Source: Escherichia coli (lineage in GTDB: Bacteria; Pseudomonadota; Gammaproteobacteria; Enterobacterales; Enterobacteriaceae). Taken from it: a stretch of 64,000 bases of DNA. The position numbers were made by a program, and so were the translations under genes. Below, in pieces: positions 33,816 to 44,228 of this stretch. Location: assembly GCF_016903815.1 (NCBI RefSeq), contig NZ_CP069974.1; one strand, given 5' to 3'. Each line of letters starts with the position of its first letter. Positions within the stretch are counted from its first letter, which is position 1. The notes under the pieces were generated by a model. The model was given only the letters and a program-made list of their open reading frames with translations, was not told the DNA's origin and ran no database searches.

Positions 33816-34046
33816 TCAGTTAAAAGCGCGTTTCAGTTCGAGTGTGCGGAGCACCTGCCCGAAGGCCGTGTTTTTCATGGCGGGGATGTGTACACCACGC
33901 CCCCGGTGAAAACTCCGGGCAATGTGTCGCCCGAAGGCTTTCAGCACGGGGTCAATTTCCGGCGCGGGGATGTCTTCGCGTCTGAAACGGGGATGACGGC
34001 GGGGCTTTACAGCCGCTGCGGAAGGTGAAACAATACTTACTGTCAT
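33816..34046 (-). CDS. small hypothetical leading-region protein (76 aa)
   Basis: ORF downstream (minus strand) of repeat copy 3; no motif recognised. Confidence 0.35.
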   Translation of the reverse strand: MTVSIVSPSAAAVKPRRHPRFRREDIPAPEIDPVLKAFGRHIARSFHRGRGVHIPAMKNTAFGQVLRTLELKRAFN

Positions 34047-34284
34047 AATTTAGCCTCTTATGACGTTAATTAATGAAACCGTAAAGACTGTTCGTGCAGT
34101 CTCTGCGGTGTGGATTAAGCAGGTCCCTGACCTGCTTTTTTCATATCTGCGTCTGACGTTCTCCGGTGTTTTCCTCCTTCTGTTCCTGCGTTCTCATTAC
34201 CTGCCAGCCGGATGACTGACAGAACACATAAATGCGTATTGCCGGAGCCTGAAATAAATCCTGATTTTTAAAGAACATCACCCG

Positions 34285-34848
34285 TTGAGTTTCGGGAGCC
34301 GCGGTTTTGACGTTTCGCGGGAACCTGCTGCTGTATACCCTGTGGTATGAACTTCACCCGTTTGAGAACCTTCGCCGCAAGGGGCATCACTGCCACGGCC
34401 TGACGCACCTGTCCTGGGCAGAACGCAAAATTTTTTACCGGGTTTTGGGTAAAAAATTTTGTGGGCTGTTCATTTACCCTGGACAGTCAGTGCGGCAGGT
34501 TGTGGCTGTATCAGCCCCAGGCGACAGGGACTCATACGGGTGTGTGGCACCGGCAGGCAATGAGCAGGGACCCGCCGCAACGACGGAGAGCGCGTGCGCG
34601 AAACGGCGTTGCCCCTTACATCCCGGCGGCCTTTTGCCGGGATGCCGGGAGCGCAGGCCACGGCGCGACAAGGGTGGCGCGACCGGAACGGTCGCTGCAA
34701 GCCCGGGGTTTTCACGCATCGGACCGTAGCGACAGCCCGAAACCGCGCCAGCGGGTTCGGCGGAGACTGGCGGGTGCGCCAGCAGCTGCCTGTCGGAGTC
34801 GGGCCTGACGACCGGATGCCGCCAGGCAGCCGGGAGCCGAAGGTGCGC
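34285..34848. repeat. GC-rich structured repeat copy 3 (diverged 5' part)
   Basis: Homologous to 16825-17392; first ~250 nt heavily substituted, remainder near-identical; abuts intron copy 3. Confidence 0.45.
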
Positions 34849-37233
34849 GTGCGACAGGAAGTCGCTTAACGTATTGTTTTACATTGATAAAACCAGCTAT
34901 CCCATTAGCTGTAGCCTACCGGGACAGGCGTTGCCGGCAACGGCGGGGTCTGAAGCTCCCGGGACAACGAGAGCCGGGCGTCAGCCCGGGTAATGCCCCG
35001 TGAGGGGCTTTACCTTGCTGCAAGCATCATGCGGCAGGAGAGCAAGGCTGGTCAGAAGGGTTAACACATGTGAACTGTTGATAAACACCGTTATCGGCAA
35101 CAGGCCAAAGATGCTGACAGGCCTGAACCAAAAGGTACGGGGTCCGGTTGCTACCTCGCGCACAGGGAGCACATGGGCGCAGAGACCCCCGGTGAAGAGA
35201 CAGAACCCGCCCTGACCCTCTGTATGTTAAGCGGAACCTGGTAAACCCGTATCGCTGCCTCACAGGCAGGTGAACCGCAAGGAACACTGTTAGCGGTGCG
35301 GGCATAGGAGGACGGAAAAAGCGAATGCCCGGCTGTAATAACCGGGATACGGGGCAGGTTCCCCGACGCGAAAGCGGGCAGACTTCCGTCTGGTCTTTAA
35401 TTGCATGAAAAGCTGTAAAGCAGTCAAAAGGATATCAGCGAGATGAATACACACATCAGTGTGTCCACGATACCCCACCCGACAGGCTGGCACACCATAA
35501 ACTGGAAAGCATGCCATGCCCGGGTGCGAAAGCTACAGTTACGGATTGCAAAGGCAACCCGACAGCAACAATGGCGGCAGGTCAGAGAACTACAGCGCAT
35601 CCTCACCCGCTCATTCTCCGGCAAAGCCGTGGCTGTCAGGCGTGTAACTGAAAATACCGGTAAAAGGACACCCGGTATTGACGGAAAAATATGGCACACA
35701 CCGAAGGAGAAATGGGAAGGAATATGCAGCCTGAATCTGTGTGGTTACAGGCCACAGCCACTACGGCGAATACATATCCCAAAATCAAACGGCAAAACGC
35801 GACCGCTGGGCATACCCACAATGAGGGACCGGGCCATGCAGGCACTGTGGCTGCTGGCTCTGGAACCCGTATCCGAGACCACTGCTGACCATAACAGCTA
35901 TGGTTTCAGACCAATGCGCAGCACGCATGACGCCATTGAGTCCATTTTTCTGCGGATGAGCCAGAAAGTATCGCCCAAATGGATACTGGAGGGCGATATT
36001 AAAGGGTGCTTCGATAACATCAGCCATGACTGGCTGCTTTCCCATATTCCGATGGACAGGAGACTGCTTAAAAAATGGTTGAAAGCAGGTTACATGGAAA
36101 GAGGCGTGTTTAACCATACGAACAGCGGGACACCGCAGGAAGGCATCATATCCCCTGTTCTCGCCAACATGGCTCTGGACGGACTGGAGAAGGAACTGAT
36201 GCAAACGTTCAGGAAAAGTGGTTATCACAGTGCAAAGCACCAGGTGAATTATGTGAGATATGCTGATGATTTCATCTGTTCAGGCAGCTCCCGTGAATTG
36301 CTGGAAAATGAGGTCAGACCACTGATTGCAGCTTTCATGCGCGAACGAGGGCTGGAACTGTCGGAAGAAAAAACAGCGATCACACATATAGATAAAGGCT
36401 TCGACTTTTTAGGGCAGAACGTCAGGAAGTACAACGGTAAAATGCTGATTAAACCGTCGAAGAAAAACCTGAAGAACTTCCTCTGTAAAGTCAGAGAAAT
36501 AATTAAACGCAATCCGACGCTCCCGGCATGGAAACTGATAGGCCAGCTAAACCCGGTGATCCGGGGATGGGCTACCTATCACCGACACGTCGTGGCGAAA
36601 GAAACATTTAATTATGTCGACACCCAAATCTGGCGAGCTATATGGCGATGGTGTGTAAGACGGCATCCCCGGAAAGGATTGCGGTGGATCGCCGGACGAT
36701 ACTTCTCCTTTGAAGGCAGGCGCTGGATCTTTAAAGCCATAACCCCGGAAGGGAAAATTCTGACACTCTTCCGGGCAATGGAAACACCGATAAAGCGCCA
36801 TATAAAAATCAAAGGCGAAGCAACACCATACACCCCCGGAATGGAAATCTACTTTGAACGTCGTCTGGATCTAATCTGGAAAGGCAAATCAAAGAAGATG
36901 AAGACAGTAGTTCAACTCTGGAAGAGGCAGGGGAAACACTGTCCGCAGTGCGGACAACTCATAACCAACCAGACCGGATGGAATATACATCACCGGATCA
37001 GGAAAGTTATGGGCGGCAGTGACGAACTGACCAATCTCGAGTTGTTACATCCGAACTGCCACCGACAGTTACACAGCAGGGAAGCCGGTGCTCACCGAAA
37101 GCACTTATAAAGGCTTGAGCGGAGTGCGGGGAAACTCGCACGCTCCGTTCTTAGGGGGCGGCGGCGCAGCAATGTGCCGCTGCTACCCGACCCGGCAGAC
37201 AGAACAACACTGCAGTAGTCAGAATCAGAGCAG
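34849..37233 (+). mobile_element. group II intron copy 3
   Basis: Identical to copies 1 and 2 except a single substitution in the IEP. Confidence 0.75.
35443..37110 (+). CDS. group II intron-encoded RT/maturase/HNH (copy 3, Gly to Glu substitution in RT motif)
   Basis: GTPQEGIISP instead of GTPQGGIISP (gga to gaa); otherwise identical to copies 1 and 2. Confidence 0.9.
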   Translation: MNTHISVSTIPHPTGWHTINWKACHARVRKLQLRIAKATRQQQWRQVRELQRILTRSFSGKAVAVRRVTENTGKRTPGIDGKIWHTPKEKWEGICSLNLCGYRPQPLRRIHIPKSNGKTRPLGIPTMRDRAMQALWLLALEPVSETTADHNSYGFRPMRSTHDAIESIFLRMSQKVSPKWILEGDIKGCFDNISHDWLLSHIPMDRRLLKKWLKAGYMERGVFNHTNSGTPQEGIISPVLANMALDGLEKELMQTFRKSGYHSAKHQVNYVRYADDFICSGSSRELLENEVRPLIAAFMRERGLELSEEKTAITHIDKGFDFLGQNVRKYNGKMLIKPSKKNLKNFLCKVREIIKRNPTLPAWKLIGQLNPVIRGWATYHRHVVAKETFNYVDTQIWRAIWRWCVRRHPRKGLRWIAGRYFSFEGRRWIFKAITPEGKILTLFRAMETPIKRHIKIKGEATPYTPGMEIYFERRLDLIWKGKSKKMKTVVQLWKRQGKHCPQCGQLITNQTGWNIHHRIRKVMGGSDELTNLELLHPNCHRQLHSREAGAHRKHL

Positions 37234-37423
37234 CAGATAAAGGAACAACAACATCAGGAACAGTTCCATAACATAAGAAAGAAACACTCCTGAGTCAGAC
37301 ACATCACAGACGGGAAGGGTAACGGGCGACGCGCCAGCGTGGCCCGCTTCCCTTCCGGCAGGCGTCAGCCTGCCAGGGGTTTTCGCGCGGACTGACAGGC
37401 GGCCTCCACCGCCTGCCCCTGTA

Positions 37424-37615
37424 TCACCTGTTTCTGCTACCCTGTAAGATGTAGTGACCGCCCAGGAAAACCGCCTGCTGATTCGCCACAAAATCGCAGA
37501 TTTCATCAACAATCTGCGCGGTGGTGAGCGGTTTCTGCCCCATTTCACGACGCCGCGCATTAATCACGGCCCTGTAATTACGCAGAATTTCGCGGGTTTC
37601 TGTGCTGATATTCAT
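37424..37615 (-). CDS. small hypothetical protein (63 aa)
   Basis: ORF with stop/start overlap to the upstream 140-aa gene. Confidence 0.35.
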   Translation of the reverse strand: MNISTETREILRNYRAVINARRREMGQKPLTTAQIVDEICDFVANQQAVFLGGHYILQGSRNR

Positions 37616-38034
37616 GACATCGTCTCCCCGTCCAGCGCCTGTAACACAACGTCCATTGCTTCGCGTTCCTCCCTGACGAATGCGTCACCGTCGCCCCCGT
37701 TCTCACTCCCGACGGCATACAGGCGCTTCATTTCACTGCCTGCCAGCGCCATCACTTTTTCCAGCATCACCGCCGGGACTGTCACCTGACGGCTGGCGCG
37801 CTTTTCTTCCATCAGTTCACGAACAACGCCGTGAACAACGCTGACATCCGCACCATATTCAAAGGCATCGTCCAGCCGCTGCATGACGGTTTCCAGCTCA
37901 TCGTCTGTCAGACTCCAGTCCTGGGCTATGTGACGCACATCCCCACGGGTCAGCACTACGGCAAAAACGCATTCACTGTCCGGCACGTCTGTATCCAGCA
38001 CTTCGCGGATAATTTCTTTAACAGTACAGTACAT
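37612..38034 (-). CDS. hypothetical acidic leading-region protein, paralog of 39750-40184
   Basis: 140 aa; shares an RQVTVPA..L motif and overall architecture with the 144-aa ORF at 39750-40184. Confidence 0.5.
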   Translation of the reverse strand: MYCTVKEIIREVLDTDVPDSECVFAVVLTRGDVRHIAQDWSLTDDELETVMQRLDDAFEYGADVSVVHGVVRELMEEKRASRQVTVPAVMLEKVMALAGSEMKRLYAVGSENGGDGDAFVREEREAMDVVLQALDGETMS

Positions 38035-38080
38035 GTTCTCGTCTCCTTTACAGGGGCGGCATTGCCGCCCCGTCCGTTAA

Positions 38081-38506
38081 TCAGTCCAGAGCCGCGTAAA
38101 TCGCGTTGCATTCGGGGTGAAATTCGATGTGACGCCACAACTGCGCATCGCGCATCCGGTAAAGCTGGGTCAGTCCTGCATCCCCGCTGTCGTGGTACAG
38201 CCACAACTGGCGGTTAATCACAAGGGAGGTCAGGATGATGCCTGCGGCATCAGCACTCACGGTACGGTCAAACCAGTTTGCACCGTTCACCATGTGGAAA
38301 CGGTCGCCATCCGGCATCATGTAACCGCCACCGTCCGGCAGGCGGATGAAGTGCCAGAAGCCTCCCTGATATTCCGGCATCATTTTTTGCGCCAGCGCGT
38401 ACACATACGCCTCGGCATACAGAAAATCGTTGCCAAACAGATACGGCAGAAAGGAGAGACGGTCGCACTCTTCAACATTCAGAGTGACAGGTTTCGCATA
38501 TTGCAT
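38081..38506 (-). CDS. putative antirestriction protein (ArdB/KlcA-like)
   Basis: 141 aa, size and leading-region position typical of KlcA/ArdB; family assignment by recall only. Confidence 0.4.
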   Translation of the reverse strand: MQYAKPVTLNVEECDRLSFLPYLFGNDFLYAEAYVYALAQKMMPEYQGGFWHFIRLPDGGGYMMPDGDRFHMVNGANWFDRTVSADAAGIILTSLVINRQLWLYHDSGDAGLTQLYRMRDAQLWRHIEFHPECNAIYAALD

Positions 38507-38922
38507 GATGTTTTCCTCCGTTGTTCACATATTCCGCGACACCGGGCGGTGCCGTGCCTCCATAAAAGCCGGGCGAACAGGCGGGGATGCAGGGGCGCAA
38601 GGGAAGCCGCAGCCTGACGCACACGGCTGACGGGAGTTGCAGGGTGAGACCGCGAAATCTGAGCGGGTGAACGACCGGAAAATCACGGCAGACGGGAAGG
38701 AGGGACCGGGTGACCGCAGCGGCGAAGCGTACCCTTGCATCAACGCCAGCCCGGCTAAGATGGAGGCACGGCACAGCCCGCACACGACGCTGAGGCCACA
38801 TAACTGAAAAACCACAAGGCCATGCCCTGCATGGCCGGGTAAAGCGGAGCCGGCGGCGACTTCCTTTGTGCTCTGTCCGGGGACCGGCAGGAAAAAGGCG
38901 GGGATTTACCCCGCCAGTGTCA
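38507..38922. promoter_or_regulatory. GC-rich region with long imperfect inverted repeat (candidate ssDNA promoter-type hairpin) upstream of the ArdB-like gene
   Basis: Arms CCGGGCGGTGCCGTGCCTCCATAAAAGCCGGGCG (about 38540-38575) and GCCCGGCTAAGATGGAGGCACGGCACAGCCCG (about 38748-38785) are reverse-complementary. Confidence 0.35.
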
Positions 38923-39699
38923 TCATTTCCGGATTTTTGCCAGGGCATCCGCCATGCTGCGGATTTCGGTCCGGGCTTCCCGGACCACCTCCCGCAGAAC
39001 ACCACGGTCAAACCAGCGGCGGGGCGGTTCATCCGGTATACGCAGCACATCGCAGGCCAGCCCACTGGACAGGATATGCTCAATACACTCACTGACCAGA
39101 TACATTTCCACCGACGAAAAACGTGCTCCCCGGTTCACGATGGCATCGAGCACCACGGGCAGGTTTTCGTCATCTTCATCGAGCCAGCAGGGGTGATCGC
39201 TTTCCTTCACGACCAGGCGAAAGCGGCGCGTCTGGCGGGTCAGCAACGTCTGACCGGTGGTGGTCAGCGCCGCACGGATACGCCGCGCATCTTCTGCCAC
39301 CTGGTAACAGATGCTTCGTACCGCATCGTGCACCGCATCAAGAACAGCCCTGATTTCGTCTTCGGTCAGCCATTCTCCGGCATACGGGAAAGACACCTGC
39401 GTTCCGTCTGCCGGAAGTACCGGCAGCGACTGCCACTGACTGCCGGACAGTACCAGTTCCGCCCCGGTTCCGGTCAGTCTCTGAATGGCGGAGGCCAGGA
39501 GCGGCGGCAGTACGCCGCCGTGACGGTTGATAAGTAACGTCGCCAGCCGGGGCGCATCCAGCCGCACGTAAATGCTGATCCAGCCCGGATAGTTCGGATT
39601 TCGCTGGTCAACATCCGTCTCTTCCGGCCAGCCCTGCGCCAGCAGCAGGTTACGGGCGTGACGACAAATCAGTGCGTTCAGCGTGCTGTTTTCGTTCAT
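38923..39699 (-). CDS. hypothetical leading-region protein
   Basis: ORF from [14 protein letters not shown]...; no recognised motif. Confidence 0.45.
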   Translation of the reverse strand: MNENSTLNALICRHARNLLLAQGWPEETDVDQRNPNYPGWISIYVRLDAPRLATLLINRHGGVLPPLLASAIQRLTGTGAELVLSGSQWQSLPVLPADGTQVSFPYAGEWLTEDEIRAVLDAVHDAVRSICYQVAEDARRIRAALTTTGQTLLTRQTRRFRLVVKESDHPCWLDEDDENLPVVLDAIVNRGARFSSVEMYLVSECIEHILSSGLACDVLRIPDEPPRRWFDRGVLREVVREARTEIRSMADALAKIRK

Positions 39700-39749
39700 G
39701 ATTAAGCGTTCTCCCTGTATCGCCGCCCGCAGGGCAGGCGGCGATAACA

Positions 39750-40184
39750 TCAGTTGTTTTCGTGTGTGTTGTTTTTCAGCAGGGTGCGGGCCTGATTAAC
39801 CACCGCCTGACGGCGGGTAACGCATTCCGGGACGGCGAGGCCGTTATCACGGGCGGCCCACTCACGTTTCCACAGTGCCTGTTCAGCGGTCTGAATCAGG
39901 GACGCCAGCAGTTCAGCAGGGACGGTCACCTGGCGGTTTTCGCTCACGTTGCTGATAATCTCCATCACCGCGGCGGAAGAAATACCGGATTCAGTCCGCT
40001 GGTCTTCCGGGATGTCCTCCATGCGCGCCAGGACGGTCCTGATTTCATGATCGGTCAGAGAAATTTCCATACCGTCAGCCAGTGCCTGAATCTCTTCCGG
40101 GGACCAGATAACCAGCATCAGCGGCGCGTCTCCCGGATACTTTGCTGCCAGCTCCCGGCATAGCGTTTCGCATGTTCCGTACAT
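39750..40184 (-). CDS. hypothetical acidic leading-region protein, paralog of 37612-38034
   Basis: 144 aa, shares the [10 protein letters not shown] motif with the 140-aa ORF. Confidence 0.5.
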   Translation of the reverse strand: MYGTCETLCRELAAKYPGDAPLMLVIWSPEEIQALADGMEISLTDHEIRTVLARMEDIPEDQRTESGISSAAVMEIISNVSENRQVTVPAELLASLIQTAEQALWKREWAARDNGLAVPECVTRRQAVVNQARTLLKNNTHENN

Positions 40185-40197
40185 TCTCGTCTCCTTC

Positions 40198-40419
40198 TCA
40201 ATCTTTGAAGCAGGAATCCAGTTCCAGAATTTCGGTATACGCCTCCATAAACAGGCGATTGGCGCGATACAGCGTCTGGCGTGTCAGGCGTTCAACAAGC
40301 ACATCGGAATCAAAGCGACAGCGATGCTCCATATCGTTCAGCCTGGCCCGAAGGTCACACATGGTGTTGGCCACCTCCGCCACGTCGGCGCGAAGTTTTT
40401 CGTGTCCGGCATAGTTCAT
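40198..40419 (-). CDS. small hypothetical protein (73 aa)
   Basis: ORF immediately downstream (minus strand) of the orphan methyltransferase. Confidence 0.4.
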   Translation of the reverse strand: MNYAGHEKLRADVAEVANTMCDLRARLNDMEHRCRFDSDVLVERLTRQTLYRANRLFMEAYTEILELDSCFKD

Positions 40420-41103
40420 TTACGCAGCCTCCGGCATAAACCAGTCATCATTCGCGGCCCCCTGCTGCATGGCCCGTTGCACGGCGGCAAGGCGTTGCTG
40501 CCCGGCACGGTGATACTGCTCAAGCAGCTCGATACCGATATACCGGCGTCCGGACTGGAGGGCGGCGACGCAGGTTGAGCCGCTGCCTGCAAACGGGTCC
40601 AGCACAATTGCGTTCGGGTGTGTGAAGCTCTCAATCAGCGGTTGCAGGCTGGTAACGGGCTTTTCCGTCGGGTGATGACGATTGCCAGAATATTTCCAGC
40701 CCAGCACGTCCGGCAGCGGGTTTTGTGGCAGACGTGGACGGCCTTTTGCCAGGATGTAGGCGCATTCGTGGCGATAGCCCACATATGCGGCCTTCGATGT
40801 GTAGTTTTTGGTGAAGACCAGGTGACCAACAACGCTGAATCCCGCATTTTTCCAGGCGGCCATAAAGCGATCGACGCGGTTCCAGCCGTAGAAGCTCACC
40901 ATCAGCGCGTCTTTTTTGAGTACGCGGTACATTTCATTACAGGCCGGTTGCAGCCATTCATCGGTTTTATCGCCGGCGATGGTGCGCCCGGAACGGTCAC
41001 GAAAACCGACGAGATATGGCGGGTCAGTTAATATGAAATCAATGGCGTTATCAGGGATACGCGTCATAACATCGATGCAGTTACCAAGGACAAAACGGGA
41101 CAT
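40420..41103 (-). CDS. orphan DNA methyltransferase (DPPY motif, N6A/N4C type)
   Basis: 227 aa with DPPY catalytic motif near the N-terminus and FAGSGST AdoMet-binding motif later; no cognate restriction gene. Confidence 0.75.
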   Translation of the reverse strand: MSRFVLGNCIDVMTRIPDNAIDFILTDPPYLVGFRDRSGRTIAGDKTDEWLQPACNEMYRVLKKDALMVSFYGWNRVDRFMAAWKNAGFSVVGHLVFTKNYTSKAAYVGYRHECAYILAKGRPRLPQNPLPDVLGWKYSGNRHHPTEKPVTSLQPLIESFTHPNAIVLDPFAGSGSTCVAALQSGRRYIGIELLEQYHRAGQQRLAAVQRAMQQGAANDDWFMPEAA

Positions 41104-41487
41104 AACAACGCTCCTTCTCTTACAGAGGGCACCGGGAGGGCCCCCCTGTGGTGCCCGTTCCCCGCTGCCTGTGGGCTGTTCACCGCGTCCGGTAACGGGT
41201 CAGGCCGACCGTGGAATATCGCAGCCGTCGTCTTTTTGACGGCGAGAATATGCCGCGAAAGCGGCTTGAAGGGCGTTCATCAGAAAAGGGCGACAGGCTG
41301 GCGTACACTGTCACCGGTGCCAGCCGGGAGCAGTAAAAGCGCCCGTCCCGTGCCCGCCGGACGCGGGACACTGACCACAGGCAGCGTTCCTGCCGCGCCG
41401 CGTCAGCCGGCGCAGTAAAAAGAGGAGCACGGCGACATCCTTTGTCGGAAAAGAAACGGGCGGTTGCCCGCCCGTCTCCGTCATACT

Positions 41488-42414
41488 TCATCCCCCGTAA
41501 TGCGCCACCTTGTCGACTATCCACTCCGGCGCGGTGACTTCCGGCAGCTCATCATCATCTGTCGGGGAAGACCATTCCAGTTCCCCCCACAGCACATCAA
41601 CAAGCTCTCCACGCTCATATCGCTGCCAGCCACAGAAATTGCAGCCCTGTTCGGCGTACCAGTGCTCCAGCGTGCAGCCGAAACGGCGGCTTAATTCTGC
41701 AACAACGTTGCTTTCCGGCTGACACCACGGCGTGTCGAAATCCACTTGAATGAAGTTTTCTCCCTGACGGCTGATATTCACCTCATACCCCACAGGCCAC
41801 TTCACGCCATACTGTTCCGTATACCAGTGATACGCAGAAGGAACACCGTTCAGAACACCACCGTTAAAGCCATTCACTTCAACATCCAGGCGGGTGGGCA
41901 GAACCGTCAGCAGGTCAAACGGCATGGTTTTTTCCGGCAGTACATTGTCACACAGACGGTTCCACCACACCGATACATCCTCGTTACTCCAGAAGCCACA
42001 CCAGTCACCTCTTTTTGCGGTGAAATGCACGGTGATGGTTTCCCTGACCTCATCCGGTAATCCTTCCCAGCGACGCTGGCCAGTACCACTCTGCAGCCAG
42101 AGTTCATGCAGCATCAGGCAGTTTTGCTCATCCAGCAGTACACCGTTCTGCAGGTGTGTCAGCCAGCGGGTGAACGCGATATTCTCCGGCGATACAACAC
42201 CACGTCCGGCATCCGTCAGTCCGGGGCACGGTTCAAACTGCACATCTTCAGTGGTCTGCAGAAGTCCGGCACTTCCGGCCAGAAACAGCTGAATACCTTC
42301 ATTTGTGGCGCGGCGATAAAGCGGTGTGACGGCACCGCTGGCCAGTCGTTTAATCTCAGCAATCTGTGCCGGTTCACCAGAAAAATGCATACGATTCGAG
42401 CACCAGTTTGGCAT
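41488..42414 (-). CDS. hypothetical leading-region protein (from MPNWCSNRMHF...)
   Basis: ORF with Trp/Cys-rich sequence; no motif recognised. Confidence 0.45.
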   Translation of the reverse strand: MPNWCSNRMHFSGEPAQIAEIKRLASGAVTPLYRRATNEGIQLFLAGSAGLLQTTEDVQFEPCPGLTDAGRGVVSPENIAFTRWLTHLQNGVLLDEQNCLMLHELWLQSGTGQRRWEGLPDEVRETITVHFTAKRGDWCGFWSNEDVSVWWNRLCDNVLPEKTMPFDLLTVLPTRLDVEVNGFNGGVLNGVPSAYHWYTEQYGVKWPVGYEVNISRQGENFIQVDFDTPWCQPESNVVAELSRRFGCTLEHWYAEQGCNFCGWQRYERGELVDVLWGELEWSSPTDDDELPEVTAPEWIVDKVAHYGG

Positions 42415-42785
42415 GGGAATTCTCCTCTCACATGCGGCCTCCATCAGGCCGTGCCGCACCTGTAACCGGGCGACCGCATACGAATGCAGGTGCGGCCCCG
42501 AAGCCGCAGCGCGTGGAGGAGGAACGACGAAACGTGACCGGGTGAGGAGGCCGGCGACAGCGACACACTTGCATCGGATGCAGCCCGGTTAACGTGCCGG
42601 CACGGCCTGGGTAACCAGGTATTTTGTCCACATAACCGTGCGCAAAATGTTGTGGATAAGCAGGACACAGCAGCAATCCACAGCAGGCATACAACCGCAC
42701 ACCGAGGTTACTCCGTTCTACAGGTTACGACGACATGTCAATACTTGCCCTTGACAGGCATTGATGGAATCGTAGTCTCACGCTG

Positions 42786-43180
42786 ATAGTCTGATCGACA
42801 ATACAAGTGGGACCGTGGTCCCAGACCGATAATCAGACCGACAACACGAGTGGGATCGTGGTCCCAGACTAATAATCAGACCGACGATACGAGTGGGACC
42901 GTGGTCCCAGACTAATAATCAGACCGACGATACGAGTGGGACCGTGGTCCCAGACTAATAATCAGACCGACGATACGAGTGGGACCATGGTCCCAGACTA
43001 ATAATCAGACCGACGATACGAGTGGGACCATGGTCCCAGACTAATAATCAGACCGACGATACGAGTGGGACCGTGGTCCCAGACTAATAATCAGACCGAC
43101 GATACGAGTGGGACCGTGGTCCCAGTCTGATTATCAGACCGACGATACAAGTGGAACAGTGGGCCCAGAGAGAATATTCA
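42786..43180. repeat. sopC: sopC partition centromere (tandem 43-bp repeats with internal GGGACCGTGGTCCC palindrome)
   Basis: About 8-9 tandem 43-bp units directly downstream of sopB. Confidence 0.9.
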
Positions 43181-43256
43181 GGCCAGTTATGCTTTCTGGC
43201 CTGTAACAAAGGACATTAAGTAAAGACAGATAAACGTAGACTAAAACGTGGTCGCA

Positions 43257-44228
43257 TCAGGGTGCTGGCTTTTCAAGTTCCTTAAGAATGGCCTCAATTT
43301 TCTCTATACACTCAGTTGGAACACGAGACCTGTCCAGGTTAAGCACCATTTTATCGCCCTTATACAATACTGTCGCTCCAGGAGCAAACTGATGTCGTGA
43401 GCTTAAACTAGTTCTTGATGCAGATGACGTTTTAAGCACAGAAGTTAAAAGAGTGATAACTTCTTCAGCTTCAAATATCACCCCAGCTTTTTTCTGCTCA
43501 TGAAGGTTAGATGCCTGCTGCTTAAGTAATTCCTCTTTATCTGTAAAGGCTTTTTGAAGTGCATCACCTGACCGGGCAGATAGTTCACCGGGGTGAGAAA
43601 AAAGAGCAACAACTGATTTAGGCAATTTGGCTGTGTTGATACAGCGGGTAATAATCTTACGTGAAATATTTTCCGCATCAGCCAGCGCAGAAATATTTCC
43701 AGCAAATTCATTCTGCAATCGGCTTGCATAACGCTGACCACGTTCATAAGCACTTGTTGGGCGATAATCGTTACCCAATCTGGATAATGCAGCCATCTGC
43801 TCATCATCCAGCTCGCCAACCAGAACACGATAATCACTTTCGGTAAGTGCAGCAGCTTTACGACGGCGACTCCCATCGGCAATTTCTATGACACCAGATA
43901 CTCTTCGACCGAACGCCGGTGTCTGTTGACCAGTCAGTAGAAAAGAAGGGATGAGATCATCCAGTGAGTCCTCAGTAAGCAGCTCCTGGTCACGTTCATT
44001 ACCTGACCATACCCGAGAGGTCTTCTCAACACTATCACCCCGGAGCACTTCAAGAGTAAACTTCACATCCCGACCACATACAGGCAAAGTAATGGCATTA
44101 CCGCGAGCCATTACTCCTACGCGCGCAATTAACGAATCCACCATCGGGGCAGCTGGTGTCGATAACGAAGTATCTCCAACCGGTTGAGTATTGAGCGTAT
44201 GTTTTGGAATAACAGGCGCACGCTTCAT
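43257..44228 (-). CDS. sopB: SopB (ParB-type partition protein)
   Basis: 323 aa matching F SopB by recall; adjacent to sopA and sopC. Confidence 0.9.
   Translation of the reverse strand: MKRAPVIPKHTLNTQPVGDTSLSTPAAPMVDSLIARVGVMARGNAITLPVCGRDVKFTLEVLRGDSVEKTSRVWSGNERDQELLTEDSLDDLIPSFLLTGQQTPAFGRRVSGVIEIADGSRRRKAAALTESDYRVLVGELDDEQMAALSRLGNDYRPTSAYERGQRYASRLQNEFAGNISALADAENISRKIITRCINTAKLPKSVVALFSHPGELSARSGDALQKAFTDKEELLKQQASNLHEQKKAGVIFEAEEVITLLTSVLKTSSASRTSLSSRHQFAPGATVLYKGDKMVLNLDRSRVPTECIEKIEAILKELEKPAP

Noticed and set aside
38472-39092. 206-aa GC-rich ORF on the minus strand
   Set aside because: Overlaps the hairpin-rich intergenic region and the start of the 38923-39699 gene in another frame; Arg/Pro-rich, likely spurious.
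42786-43180. Tandem 43-bp repeat array that could look like a CRISPR array
   Set aside because: The spacers between palindromic cores are identical rather than unique, the period is 43 bp, and the array lies directly downstream of sopAB; it is the sopC centromere.
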